Below are positions 49,700-62,566 of a stretch of DNA of 64,000 nucleotides, piece by piece (position 1 is the first letter of the stretch; each line of letters begins with the position of its first letter). Origin of the DNA: Squalus acanthias (Eukaryota). The translations under genes were made by a program, and so were the position numbers. The stretch lies in assembly GCA_030390025.1 (NCBI GenBank), contig CM059431.1, positions 103,852,001 through 103,916,000 of the forward strand, written 5' to 3'. The notes beneath the pieces were generated by a model. The model was not told the DNA's origin. It saw nothing but the letters and a program-made list of their open reading frames with translations, and made no database searches.

Positions 49700-50268
49700 A
49701 TCCTTTTTATTTATTCATTCATGTGATGTGGGCGTCGCTGGCAAGGCCAGCATTTATTGCCCATCCCTAATTGCCCTTGAGAAGGTGGTGGTGAGCCGCC
49801 TTCTTGAACCGCTGCAGTCCGTGTGGTGAAGGTGCTCCCACAGTGCTGTTAGGGAGGGAGTTCCAGGATTTTGACCCAGCAACGATGAAGGAACGGCGAT
49901 ATACTTCCAAGTCAGGATGGTGTGTGACTTGAAGGGGAACTTGGAGGTGGTGGTGTTCCCATGCGCCTGCTGCCCTTGTCATTCTAGGTGGAAGAGGTCG
50001 CGGGTTTGGGAGGTGCTGCCGAAGAAGCCTTGGTGAGTTGCTGCAGTGCATCTTGTAGATGGTACACACTACAGCTACGGTGCGCCGGTGGTGGAGGGGG
50101 TGAATATTTAAGGTGGTGGATGGGGTGCCGATCAAGCGAGCTGCTTTGTCCTGGATGATGTTGAGCTCCTTGAGTGTTGTTGGAGCTGCACTCATCCAGG
50201 CAAGTGGAGAGTATTCCATCACACTTCAAACTTGAGCCTTGTAGATGGTGGAAAGACTTTGGGGAGTG
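49700..50268 (-). mobile_element. LINE-B 3' part
   Basis: ORF 49767-50222. Confidence 0.92.
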
Positions 50269-50467
50269 GAATCTGGAATGGAAAAAAATCACCAGTTAAA
50301 ATGGTGACTGGTGGGAATGGTGCGGGAACAATGAGGTGAGTATCCAATCCCCTCCACATGCACTGTTCCCACTGAGCGGACAGGGTTAAAATGGGGGACT
50401 AGTATTTGAACAGTGTTTGTGGAAAAATACTGATGCAGTAAACTATGACTTGAATTTTTCAAAAGCT

Positions 50468-51560
50468 ACTTTCAACCCCCTTGCAACAAAGGCCAACATG
50501 CCATTTGCCTTCCTTATTGCTTGCTGTACCTGCATGCCAGCTCTCCGTGCTTCTTGCACGAGGACACCCAAATCTCTCTGAACACCAACATTTGAAAGTT
50601 TCCCACCATTTAAAAAACATTCTGTTTTTCTATTCTTCCTACCAAAGTGAATAACCTCACATTTCTCCACACCATACTCCATTTGCCACCTTACTGCCCA
50701 CTCACCTCGTCTATCCATGTCTCTTTGCAGGCTCTTTGTGTTCTTCTCTTAGCTTACTGTCCCACCCAGCCTTGTATCATCAACAAACTTGGATACATTA
50801 CACTCGGTCCCTTCATCTAGGTCATTGATATAGATTGTAAAAAGCTGAGGCCCCAACACTGATCCTTGAGGCACCCCACTAGTTACAGCCTGCCAACCTG
50901 AAAAAAGACCCGTTTATCCCTACTCTCTGTTTTCTGTCCATTAACCAGTCCTCTATCCATGCTACTATATTACCCCCAACCCCATGAGCACTAATCTTGT
51001 GTAATAACCTTTTATGTGGCACCTTATCGAATGCCTTTTGGAAATCCAAATATACTACATCCACTGGTTCCCCTTTATCTACCCTATTAGTTACATCCTC
51101 AAAAACTCTAATAAATTTGTCAAACATGATTTCCCTTTCATAAAACCATGTTGATTCTGCCTAATCATGTTATGATTTTCTAAGTGCCCTGATACCACTT
51201 CCCTAACAATGGATTCCAGTATTTTCCCGACGACTGATGTCAGGCTAACTGGCCTGTAGTTCCCTGTTTTCTCTTTCCCTCCTTTCTTGAATAGCGGTGT
51301 TACATTTGCGACCTTCCAATCTGCTGGGACCGTTCTAGAATCTAGGAAATTTTGGAAGATCAAAACCAATGCATTCACTATCTCTTCAGCCACCTCTTTT
51401 AAATCCCTAAGATGTTGGCTGTCAGGTCCAGGGGATTTGTCGGCTTTTAGTCCCATTAGTATCTCTAGTATTTTTTCTCTACTTGTATTAATTACGTTAA
51501 GTTCCTCACCCTCATTAGACCCTCGGTTCCCCACCATTTTTGGTCTGCTTTTTGTGTCAC
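50468..51560 (-). mobile_element. CR1 RT region, frameshifted
   Basis: KSPGPD...WKVANVTPLFKKG...NYRPVSLTS...QHGFMKGKSCLTNL...YLDFQKAFDKVPH. Confidence 0.95.
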
Positions 51561-52322
51561 TAAGTGACAGAGAAAGGGTGATTGGGTGAATTAATTGTGA
51601 CAGCAATCTAAACACCTTGCTGTTTATCTTATCTCATTACTGTCTAGTTCCTCATTATAGGAACTAAATTTGATTCATTGAAGCTGAACTTTTCTCATTG
51701 AGTAAAGATGAAGTGTCTAACATCGGTGGGCGCAAACAGGTTATCAAGAGAGAAGAAACACAAGAAAAGATCGTTATTTAAACAGTTAGAATTGAGTAAA
51801 CTTGCTTCGCTGTGCACTGCTCAGACCCACCATTCTGAAATTGATCAGTACGTAATCCAGGCTGACACTTCCCGTGTGGTACTGAGGGAGTGCTGCACTG
51901 TCGGAGGTGCCGTCTTTCAGATGAGGTGCAAATTAGCTGCCCTGTTCCAACATTACAACAGTGACTACACTTCAAAAAGTATTTAATTGGCCGTAAAGCG
52001 CTTTTCAATGTCCTCAGGTCGTGAAAGACGCTATATAAATGCAAGTTCTTTCTTCTGCAATGAGACTTATTTCAGCAGGCATTACTTTATATACAGCACA
52101 GCAAGGCGATTTGAAGAGTCCTTCCGAGTCATACACAACAACCATAGTAACAGCAACCTGCATTTATTTAGCATCTTAATGTCGAAAAGTTAAGGTGCGT
52201 AGTATTTTCTTTTGAAGGAAATAAAGTGTGGAACAAATCAAACGTCGCAAAAAGATAAAAAGATGAAATGAGATTTGCATTTACTAATTTATGTCAACGT
52301 TAGATAGAATTACATAGAGTCG

Positions 52323-52775
52323 CCAGGACAAAGCAGCCCGCTTGATTAGCACCCCATCCACCACCTTAAACATCTACTCCCTCCACCACCGGCGTACCGT
52401 GGCTGCAGTGTGCACCATCTACAAGATGCACTGCAGCAACTCACCAAGGCTTTTTCGGCTGCACCTCCCAAACCCGCGACCTCTTCCACCTAGAAGGACA
52501 AGGGTAGCAGGTGCATGGGAATACCACCACCTCCAAGTTCCCCTCCAAGTCACACACCATCCTGACTTAGAAATATATCGGCCGTTCCTTCATCGTCGCT
52601 GGTTCAAAATCCTGGAACTCCCTCCCTAACAGCACTGTGGGAGCACCTTCACCACACGGACTGCAACGGTTCAAGAAGGCAGCTCACCACCACCACCTTC
52701 TCCAGGGCAACTAGGGATGGGCAAAAAATGCTGGCTTTGCCAGCAATGCCCACATACCATAAAATGAATAAAACA
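52323..52775 (+). mobile_element. LINE-B 3' end (DeuSINE remnant upstream at 51850-52055)
   Basis: ORF 52342-52629 plus UTR. Confidence 0.9.
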
Positions 52776-53072
52776 TTTTTTTTTTTGCATTTTCTCTCTT
52801 TTACAATGGCCCGGAATTTGCTGTGGGTAATAATGGTGAACTGACAGCGTTCGCTGTTATTACTCTTTTGAAATGGACTGCAACTTCAGGATGTAGCGCA
52901 TGCGCATCCTAACATGGAAATCCTGAAGTTGCGGTCAGTCATTCACTGCTCCGACACTGGGTGCACTGTGGACCGCATCCCCCCCCCCACCATAGCCAGC
53001 AATCAGTGTAATCAGGGAAACTGACAAAAACTTGAGCTTTTCCTCGGTAATATCGCTGTTAAACACCCCATT

Positions 53073-53325
53073 AAATACAAAAGCAAAATACTGCAGATGC
53101 TGGAAATCTGAAATAAAAACAGAAAATGCTGGAAACACTCAGCAGGTCAGGCAGCATCTGTGGAGAGAGAAACAAGGTTAACGTTTCAGGTCGATGACCC
53201 TTTGTCAGAACTGGAAAAAGCTGGAGATGTAACAGGTTTTTAAGCAAGTGTAGGGGTAGGGAAAGGGGGGAGGGGAGGAAAGAACAAAAGGGAAGGTCTG
53301 TGATAGGATGGAAGGCAGGAGAGTT
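53073..53325 (-). mobile_element. PLE pseudo-LTR with degenerate hammerhead
   Basis: Minus strand AGTT-CTGACAAA-GGGTC atc GACCT-GAAACGTT-AACC. Confidence 0.8.
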
Positions 53326-53555
53326 TGTTCATGACATTTCAGGTTCTACCTTATTCCCATGTGAGAGTCCCAATCTTTGTTTCGCTCTCTGTAACATTTT
53401 TAAAAAGTCCGGATAAAAGCAGCTTCTCATTTCCTGGTTCCCTGTCTGTGAGAATTCTGCAATGTGATTGGGTGCTTAGATAGCTTGTTGACATCTCTGC
53501 AGCATCGCACTAGGAAGTCCCACTACAGAATGCTAAAATCACTTGAACATCGGAA

Positions 53556-54240
53556 AACAACAACAACAACAACAACAACGTGTATTTATATAGCGTCTTT
53601 AACGTAGTAAAACGTCCCAAGGCGCTTCACAGGCGTATTAATTGACAAAAAAATTTGACACCGAGCCACATAAGGAGAAATTAGGACAGGTGACCAAAAG
53701 CTTGGTCAAAGAGGTAGGTTTTAAGGAGCGTCTTAAAGGAGGAAAGAGAGAGGTAGCGAGGCGGAGAGGTTTATGCAGGGAATTCCAGAGCTTAGGGCCC
53801 AGGCAACAGAAGGCACGGCCACCAATGGTTGAGCGATTATAATCAGGGATCCTCAAGCGGGCAGAATTAGAGGAGCGCAGATATCTCGGAGGGTAGTGGG
53901 GCTGAAGGAGATTACAGAGATAGGGGGGGATTTGAAAACAAGGATGAGAATTTTGAAATCGAGGCGTTGCTTAACCCCGGTTGGTAGCCAATGTAGGTCA
54001 GCGAGCACAGGGGTGATGGGTGAACGGGACTTGGTGCGAGTTAGGACATGGGCAGCCGAGTTTTGGATCACCTCAAGTTTACGTAGGGTAGAATGTGGGA
54101 GGCCAGCCAGGAGTGTGTTGGAATAGTCAAGTCTAGAGCTAACAAAGGCATGGACGAGGGTTTCAGCAGCGGATGAGCTGAGGCAAGGGTGGAGACGGGA
54201 AATGTTATGGAGGTGGAAATAGGCTGTCTTAGTTATGCTG
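53556..54240 (-). mobile_element. L2 LINE 3' part
   Basis: IQNSAAHVLTRTK...LHWLP; (CAA)n tail. Confidence 0.92.
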
Positions 54241-54654
54241 CAAACATCTCATCACAGAGATTGCGAGATCTTTGTGCGAAGCTTTCTTCGGGGCCAGCGG
54301 TGAATGCCTTTGCTTCGCCGCTGACTGCAAATTACAGGCTAATTTATTTCTCTATTTCCAAAGTAAGCATGCTGGCTGAATTTAGATGGTTCCCCCATCA
54401 ATCTGAAATCAATGCTGGAAAAAGGGTGACTCTATCTTAAATCAATAAAACCTTAATTTCCCTAATGCTAACCTCTAGATATCTAACATTTACGATAGGC
54501 TCTAGTGCCTCTTTCTATCTAACACTTAACCTTTTAGGACAGGCGAGCTCCCTTTAGTCCTGTGCCACAGCTCTCCATAAGAGCCTGTTACGCTGAAGTT
54601 CTATCACTAATTCCCTTGACCACTGCCCAAGACCTTTCCTGATGAATCACTGTG

Positions 54655-55078
54655 TTATAGAATCGTGGAATCATAGAATAGTACAACACAGAAGGAGGCC
54701 ATTCGGCCCATCGAGTCTGCGCCGGCTCTTTCGAAGAGCAATCCAGTTAGTCCCACTCCCTCGCTCTTTCCCCATATCCCTGCAATTTTTCTCCTTCAAG
54801 TATTTATCCAATTCCCTTTTGAAGGCTCCTATTGAAGCTGTGTCCACCGCCCTATCAGGCAGTGCATTCCAAACCCTAACCACTCGTTGCGTAAAAGAGT
54901 TTTTCCTCATGTCGCCTCTGGTTCTTTTGCCAGTCACCTTCAATCTGTGTCCTCTGGTTATCGAACCTTCAGCCACTGGAAACAGTTTCTCTTTATTTAC
55001 TCTGTCTAACCCCTTCATGATTTTAAGCACCTCTATCAAACCTCCTCTTAGCCTTCTCTGCTCCAAGGAGCACAACCT
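54655..55078 (-). mobile_element. CR1 3' end
   Basis: ORF 54671-55075. Confidence 0.9.
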
Positions 55079-55527
55079 CTTATAAAGTCTTATAGAACAC
55101 TTAATCTAACTGAAAAAGGGCCTTTTTTTTCTGTATTGATGCCGTAATCTATGACTTGAATTCTTCAAAGGTTACTTTCTTCTGGTGGTATTTTATACAA
55201 TGAAAGTAATGTATTATGTAAGGAAAATGTTAGAATCATGGAAACATTGAAAATCTTGTAACGTTACAGTAATGAGTGCAGAACTAAGCCAGGAGACTGG
55301 ATACATCTAAATTTAGCTGCTCGGTCACATTAATTCAAAACTGAACTTTGCTCTTAAAACCTTTATGTTAAGCCTTCTAGGCTTTTTGTACAGTTATGTA
55401 ATATTTAATAATTTTGTGCTGAAAATACCAACATTTCATCGTCATATTTATTGATGAGGTTCTGTTGGTAATGTGGTGATGTTGCCAAAGTAACATACTG
55501 AACATGACCTTGCAGTTTAAATTACTT

Positions 55528-56178
55528 CTGCTGGCCTTCATAGTGAAAGGGTTTGAGTATAGGAACAGGGATGTCCTGCTGCAGTTGTACAGGGCCTTGG
55601 TGAGACCACACCTTGAGTACTGTGTGCAGTTTTGGTCGCCTTATCTGAGGAAGGATGTTCTTGCCATGGAAGGAGTTCAGCGAAGATTCACAAGGCTGAT
55701 ACCTGGGATGGCAGGAATGACATATGAGGAGAGATTGGGTCGATTGGGCTTATACTCGCTGGAGTATAGAAGAATGAGAGGGGATCTCATCGAAACATAT
55801 AACATTCTGACAGGTCTGGACAAACTAGATGCAGGAAGAATGTTCCCAATGGTCGGAGAGTCCAGAACCAGGGGTCATAATCTAAGGATAAGGGGTAAGC
55901 CATTTAGGACAGAAATGAGGAAGAATTTCTTCACCCAGAGAGTGGTGAACCTGTGGAATTCTCTACCACAGAAGGTAGTTGAGGCCAAGTCATTAAATAT
56001 ATTCAAGAATGAGTTAGATATATTTCTTAAAGCTAAAGGTATCAAGGGATATGGGGAGAAGGCAGGTACAGGGTACTGAGTTTGGATGATCAGCCATGAT
56101 CTCATCGAATGGCGGAGCAGGCTCGAGGAGCCGAATGGCCTACTCCTGCTCCTATCTTCTATGTTTCTATGTTTCTAT
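55528..56178 (+). mobile_element. CR1 3' part, same young subfamily as 36250-37226
   Basis: ORF 55504-56079 nearly identical in protein to 36350-36961. Confidence 0.95.
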
Positions 56179-56784
56179 GAAACAGGAACATTCGTGCGCT
56201 GAGGTAATCAGTGTCTGCTAGGGCCTAAAATATCTGCTGGAGTAATCCTGAAGTGTCCCTTGGAGTAATATCAGAGTATTAGGCCTGAGAATATGGAGTA
56301 TCTGTTAGAATAAGCTGGTAGCATCAGTCTCAGTAGCAAGTAGATCATAGAATCATACAGCAAAGAAGGAGGCCATTTGGCCCATCGTGCCTGTGCCGGT
56401 TCTTTGAAAGAGCTCTCCAATTAGTCGCACTACCATGCTCTTTCGCCATAGCCTTACAATGCCAAACCTCCATGGAAAAAGTGGTCAGCAGAGAACCCTG
56501 GAATGTAAAAGTTATCTTAATAGAAGCCATTAAGCTTGAGAGACCCATACATGTTAACTTGCTGTGTTTTATACAGACAATTGGTATTGCCAGCTCAGTG
56601 TCCATTTGTCCACGTCTGCTGTTATAAACCAGCTGTGCGTTAACTCTCCGCACTCCTTCAAGATCACCCCGTGAACCACTGCAGCTTAATTCTCCTGCGC
56701 GCGTGCTACTGGGAGGATGGGTCGTCCTGCTTTGGTGGCACAGATTAACCAGGGAACTCCAGAAGCACGAGCAATATAAAAACG

Positions 56785-57252
56785 AAAGAAAGACTTACAT
56801 TTCTATAGCGCCTTCCACGACCACAAGACGTCCCAAAGCGCTTTACAGCCAATGAAGTATTTGTGAAGTGGAGTCACTGTTGCAATGTGGGAAATGCGGC
56901 AGCCAATTTGCGTACAGCAAGCTCCCACAAACAGCAATGTGATAATGACCATATAATCTGTGTTTTTGTTATGTTGGTTGAGGGATAAATATTGGCCAGG
57001 ATACCAGGGGTAACGCCCGGCTCTTCTTCGAAATAGTGCCATGGGATCTTTTACATCCATCTGAAAGAGCAGACGGGACCTCAGTTTAACGTCTCGTCTG
57101 AAAGACGGCACTTCCGACACTGCGGCACTCCCTCAGCAGTGCACTGGGAGTGTCAGCCTAGCTTTTTGTGCGCAAGTCCCTGGAGTGGGACTTTAACCCA
57201 CAACCTTCGGACTCAGAGGCGAGGGTGCTACCCACTGAGCCACAGCTGACAC
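56785..57252 (-). mobile_element. DeuSINE, full length
   Basis: Head, body and tail. Confidence 0.9.
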
Positions 57253-57392
57253 CTCTAAAGCATCAAGAGGGGAGAAATTGCCGGGGTGAACCTGCCAAAA
57301 ATCACTCACCGCTGGCAGAAAGACAAATGAATGTTTCAGGTACGAGCCTCCGTCAGTTTCGACAGCTCACTCACCAGGTGCAAGTTCCAGGC

Positions 57393-57583
57393 GGGGGGTA
57401 ATTTTAAACTAACTCGCCGGGCGGGAAACCCCACGGGATCAGGGGTTACGTTGGTTTTACAACCGCCCAATATTACGCTCGACTGACTTCAATGGAGAGT
57501 AAAATCAGGCGGAGTGTAAAACCAGCGATGCACCCATTCCTCTCAGTTTCCCGACGGGCGGATTAGGTTATAATTCACCCCCC
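57393..57583. mobile_element. Short foldback MITE
   Basis: GGGGGGTAATTTTAA / TTATAATTCACCCCCC; central TGACTTCAATGG; relatives at 39824-40007 and 49489-49600. Confidence 0.75.
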
Positions 57584-57749
57584 AGTCTCACTGATTCCAT
57601 GAATTTAAATAGTGTAATTTCACACATCTTAAAGAATATTTAACTAATCCAAAGAGCTGTAATAATAATAAGTCACATATTTTATGATCCTTTCAGTGCA
57701 TAATATAATCAAGCTTTAATTTTAAAAAATCTGCTCACCAAGTTTCTCC

Positions 57750-58090
57750 TCGTGTCCCAGCCCGACAAGCCTTTTGAGATCTCTGTGATCCTCCAATTCT
57801 GGCCTCTTGCACATACCCAATCTTCAGTGCTCCACCATTGGCGGCCGTGCCTTCAGCTGCCTGGGCCCCAAGCTCTGGAATTCCCTCCCTAAACCTCTCC
57901 TCCTCTCTGCCTCTCTCTCCTTCTTTAACGCGCTCCTCAAAATCTATCTCTTTGACCAAGCTTTTGATCGCCTGCCCTAATATCTCTTTATGTGGCTCGG
58001 TGTCGAATTTTGTTTGATAATCGCTCCTGTGAAGCACCTTGGGACGTTTTGCGACGTTTAAAGTTGCTATATAAATGCAAGTTGTCGCTA
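57750..58090 (+). mobile_element. L2 3' end
   Basis: GGRAFSCLGPKLWNSLP and L2 tail. Confidence 0.88.
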
Positions 58091-58199
58091 TTGTGCTTCT
58101 GGATCGTCCACTCGATTCTGTTCAGTCTGTCCCACCAAGCACGGGAAGTTCATTCTATCCTCCCAGCAGCACTTGTGCAGAAGAACTGAGGCCCAACAC

Positions 58200-58885
58200 C
58201 AACAGCTGGCTTTTATATAGCGCCTTTAATGTAGCAAAACATCCCAAGGCACTTCACAGGAAGCCAGAATTGGAGGAGCGCAGAGATCTCGGAGGGTTGT
58301 AGGCAATGTTCCCGTTAATTATTTTTTGGGTGTGTGGCCCCTTTAAGGGGCTGCGCGGCCCATTCAAAATACCGCGCACATGCGCAGTTTTTTCGCATTG
58401 AAAGCCGGCGAACCGGAGATCCAGAGAGCTGTGCAGCTTAAAGGGAACATTGGTTGGAGGTCTGGAAGAGGTTCGCGAGGCCATGGAGGGATTTGAAAAC
58501 AAGGATGAGAATTTTTAAATCGAGGCGTTGCCGGTCCGGGAGCCAATGTAGGTCAGCGAGCACAGGGGGTGATGGGTGAACGGGACTTGGTGCGAGTTTT
58601 TAAAAATTCATTCATGGGATGTGGGCGTCGCTGGCAAGGCCGGCGTTTATTGCCCATCCCTAGTTGCCCCTTGAGAAGGTGGTGGTGAGCCGCCTTCTCG
58701 AACCGCTGCAGTCCGTGTGGAGGGTGGAAGGTGGGAGGCCATCCAGGAGAGCATTGGAATAGTCGAGTCTAGAGGTAACAAAGGCCTGCATGAGGGTTTC
58801 AGCAGCAGATGAGCTGAGGCAGGGGCGGAGACAGGCGATGTTACGGAGGTGGAAGCAGATGGTTTTGGTGATGGAGCGGACATGT
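58200..58885 (-). mobile_element. L2 interrupted by a hAT-like MITE and a LINE-B tail (58598-58719)
   Basis: FHLRNIA...AFVTSRLDYSNALL. Confidence 0.85.
58304..58452. mobile_element. hAT-like MITE, 149 bp
   Basis: TIR CAATGTTCCC / GGGAACATTG; 8-bp TSD GTTGTAGG / GTTGGAGG. Confidence 0.8.
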
Positions 58886-59994
58886 GCACAGTGGTTCACG
58901 TGGCGAGTCTTGGAGAAGTGTCGGAGGTTTAAATCCATGTGCCGAGTTGCAGCAAACAACAAGCCCAAACCGACTCCGGGTCTCAGACGCTGAAAAGCCC
59001 GTGCAAAGCGCAGAAGGGTTAGGAAGCATTTGGTAAAGGGACGACTGGCTCCATTAAAATAGCAGACAGTAGAAAATATCCGACAAGCACTTTAAGCACT
59101 TGTCCAACAATATTAGCAGCAGTAACGTCTAGCCTGTGCTTTGCTAATGCAGATCTGAGCGAATTCACATTTCCCAAATTCATTTAGTCAGCTTTCAATT
59201 CCCTTTGTACAAACCTCACTTTACACAAAGAGGTGAACTCCTTAGCAATTACTGTGTTTGTTCCAGTAATAAAGTGAATTATTCTCACATCCCCTATCAT
59301 GTCAGCAGCTTCTGCATCTTATTGCCAATTCTGCCGACTCAACAGCCTGTAGTCCTTCAATTTCGAGAACGTGTGTTGCCCTGCTTTGTTTATTTCCGTC
59401 CGTCTGCTCAGAGCTTTGAGATGGAGGAGAAAGATTAGAGTTAGTTTGATGATTCTTGACTGCTGATGGATTTCATGACTGATGCTTAAGATTATAGCAA
59501 TGCCCTTTAAATCTGTTCGATGGGTTTCAATGTGTCTGGTCAATAAATTAACTATTGAAACAACCGCACCTGCCAATCTTTTTATCAGAGGTACAGCATG
59601 TATCTGTTCTTTTTTTTCTTAAAGCCAACAGGATTCAATAAAATTCAACGTGGAGATTGAGAAAGAGAAAATGATAGAAATCCGTAAACGCAGCTACTGA
59701 CGCCATGGGGTGGATTTTCCCGTCGGTCGACTGATAATCTCGGCGTGAGACCCGGTCCATTTTGAGCGCCGTCATCGCTCTATTGGCCGGCCCAGCCAGC
59801 CTATGAGTCCCGAGAAGGGGGTCCCCAATATCTCGGGGCGGTGGGGGGTGCTAGGAGCGAGAGCAGCCCAGGCTGCTTCTGTGGATAGATATTTCTTAAT
59901 AATAGATTACCAATGTTGCAGCATATTACTGATTTTTTTCCCAATTTATTTACCACTTTTAGCTGAGTTTTTTTTTATTTAACCAGAGGTTGAT

Positions 59995-60278
59995 ACAACA
60001 ACAACAACAACTTGCATTTATATAGCACCTTTAACGTAGTAAAACGTCCCAAGGTGCTTCACAGGAGCGTTATCAGACAAAATTTGACACCGAGCCACAT
60101 GGGATATTAGGACAGGTGACCAGAAGCTTGGTCGAAAAGGTAGGTTTTCAACAACGTCTTAAAGGAGAGGGAGGCGGCGGGGTTTAGGAATTTCAGAGCT
60201 TATGGTCTAGCTGGCTGAAGGCACGGCCGTCAATGATGGAGCGATAGACATTGAGGGATGCGCAATAGGCCAGAATTG
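59995..60278 (-). mobile_element. L2 3' end
   Basis: (CAA)n tail and L2 UTR. Confidence 0.88.
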
Positions 60279-60579
60279 CTTCAACCAGTTATTCTGTCTG
60301 ACAGGTAGATGAAACTTAAATAACTTAAGTAAATGATTTGTGTATCTTACAGACAAAACTATTATAGCTGACGAAGCAAAAGATTAACATTCAAAAACAT
60401 AGAAAATAGGAATGATGAGGTAAAATTCTCACCATTATTTTACTGTATATTTTTTGATGGAAGGTGTTCCAGTATTACATAGAATTACTTAGTATTTACA
60501 GCATAGAATCAGACCATTCGGTTCAACTACTCTGTGCCGGTATTTATGCTCCACACGAGCCTCCTCCCAACTCCTCTTC

Positions 60580-62566
60580 ATTATAATGTTGCGAAGAATA
60601 GTAGCAAGCCTGAGGATTGGGAGAGCTTTGGAAACCAGCGGGGGGTGACCAAAAAATTGATAAAAGGGGAGAAGGTAGAATATGAGAGTAAACTAGCAAA
60701 AAATATAAAAACAGATTGTGGGAGCTTCTACGGGTATGTAAAAGGGAAGAGAGTAGCAAAAGTAAACGTTGGTCCCTTAGAGGCTGAGACAGGAGGAATT
60801 GTGGTGGGGAATGGGGAAGAGCCAGAGACTTTGGACAAATATTTTGTATCTGTCTTCACAGTAGAAGACACAAAAAGTATACCAAAAATAGTGGAGCACC
60901 AAGGGGCTAATGAGAGCGAGGAACTTAAAGTAATTAATATCAGTAGAGAAAAGTTACTTGAGAAACTAATGGGACTAAAAGCCAAAGAATCCCCTGGACC
61001 TGATGGCCTACATCCTGGGGTTCTAAGGGATGTGGCTGCAGTGATGGTGGATGTATTGGTTGTGATCTTCTAAAATTCCCTAGATTCTACAACGGTCCCA
61101 GCAAATGTAACCCCATTATTCAGTAAAGGAGGGAGAGAGAAAACGAGTCACTGTGTACCAGTTAGCCTGGCATCAGTCGTCGGGAAAATGTTGGAATCCA
61201 TTATCAAGGAAGTGGTAACAGGGCACTTAGAAAATCCTAATATGATTAGGCAGAGTCAACATGGTTTTATGAAAGGGAAATTGTGTTTAACAAATTTATT
61301 AGAGTTTTTTGGGGGTGTGGCTAGCGAGGTGGATGGTGGGGGGGCGGCAGTGGATGTAGTGTATTTGGATTTCCAAAAGGCATTCGATAAGGTGCCGTAT
61401 AAAAGGTTGCTACGCAAGGTAAGGGCTCATGGGGTTGGGGTTAATATATTAGCATGGATAGAGGATTGGTTAACAGACAGAAAACAGAGAGTAGGGATAA
61501 ATGAGTCATTTTCCGGTTGGCAGGCTGTAACTAGTAGGGTGCCGCAAGGATCATTGCTGGGGCATCAGCCATTTACAATGTATATTAATGACTTAGATGA
61601 AGGGACCGAGTGCAATGTATCCAAGTTTGCTGATGATGCAGAGCTGGGTGGGGGGGTGGGCTGTGAGGAGGAACAGGGAGCCAGCTTGGGGGCGGGGGTG
61701 GGCGGGGAATTGGACAGGTTGAGTGAGTGGGCAATAAGGTGGTGGATGGAGTATGGTGTGGGGAGGTGTGTGAGGTTATTCACTTTGGTAGGAGGAATGG
61801 AAAAGTGTTTTTTGAACGGTGAGAGACTGTTAAATGCTGGTGTTCGGAGAGATTTAGGTGTCCTCGTACAGGAAACACAGAAAGCTGGCATGCGGGTGCA
61901 GCGGAAGGCAAATGGCCTGTTGGCCTTTATTGCAAGGGGGTTGGAGTACAAGAGTAAGGAAGTTTTGCTGCAATCGTATGGGGTTTTGGTGAGACCACAC
62001 CCGGAGTACTGTGCACAGCTTTGGTCGCCTTATCTGAGGAAGGACATACTTGTCTTAGAGGCGGTGCCACAATGGTTCACTAGATTGAGCCCTGGGATGG
62101 GGAGAGGGGGTTGTCCTATGAGCAGAGATTGTGTAGATTGGGCCTATACTCTCTGGAGTTTAGAAGAATGAGAGGTGATCTCATTAAAACATATAAAATA
62201 CTGAGGGGGATTGACAGGGTAGATGCTAAGAGGTTGTTTTCCCCTGGCTGGAGAGTCTGGAACTGGGGGGCATAGTCTCAGGATAAGGGGTCAGCCATTT
62301 GGGACGGAGATGCGAGGTATTTCTTCACTCAGAGGGTTGTGAATCTTTGGGGTTCTCTCTCCCAGAGGGCTGTGGATGCTGAGTCGTTGAGTATATTCAA
62401 GGCTGAGATGGATGGATTTTTGGACTCTAGGGGAATCAAGGGATGTGGGGATCGGGCGGGAAAGTGGAGTTGAGGTCGAAGATCAGCCATGATCTTATTG
62501 AATGGTGGAGCAGGCTCAAAGAGCCGTACGGCCTACTCCTGCTCCTAATTCTTATTTTCTTATGTT
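60580..62566 (+). mobile_element. 2-kb CR1 (disrupted ORF2 with RT) inserted in a minus-strand CR1 3' end (60495-60579 and 62567-62915)
   Basis: SPGPDGLHP...QHGFMKG...YLDFQKAFDKVP...VPQGSLLG...KFADD; stops and frameshifts. Confidence 0.95.

Larger units (their letters stand above)
52808..54340. mobile_element. Harbinger-like MITE carrying PLE and L2 insertions
   Basis: TIRs GGCCCGGAATTTGC / GCAAATTACAGGCT; AAT on both flanks. Confidence 0.7.

Noticed and set aside
61188..62171. 327-aa RT ORF as a functional or domesticated gene
   Set aside because: Part of a 5'-truncated CR1 with stops, frameshifts and damaged motifs.
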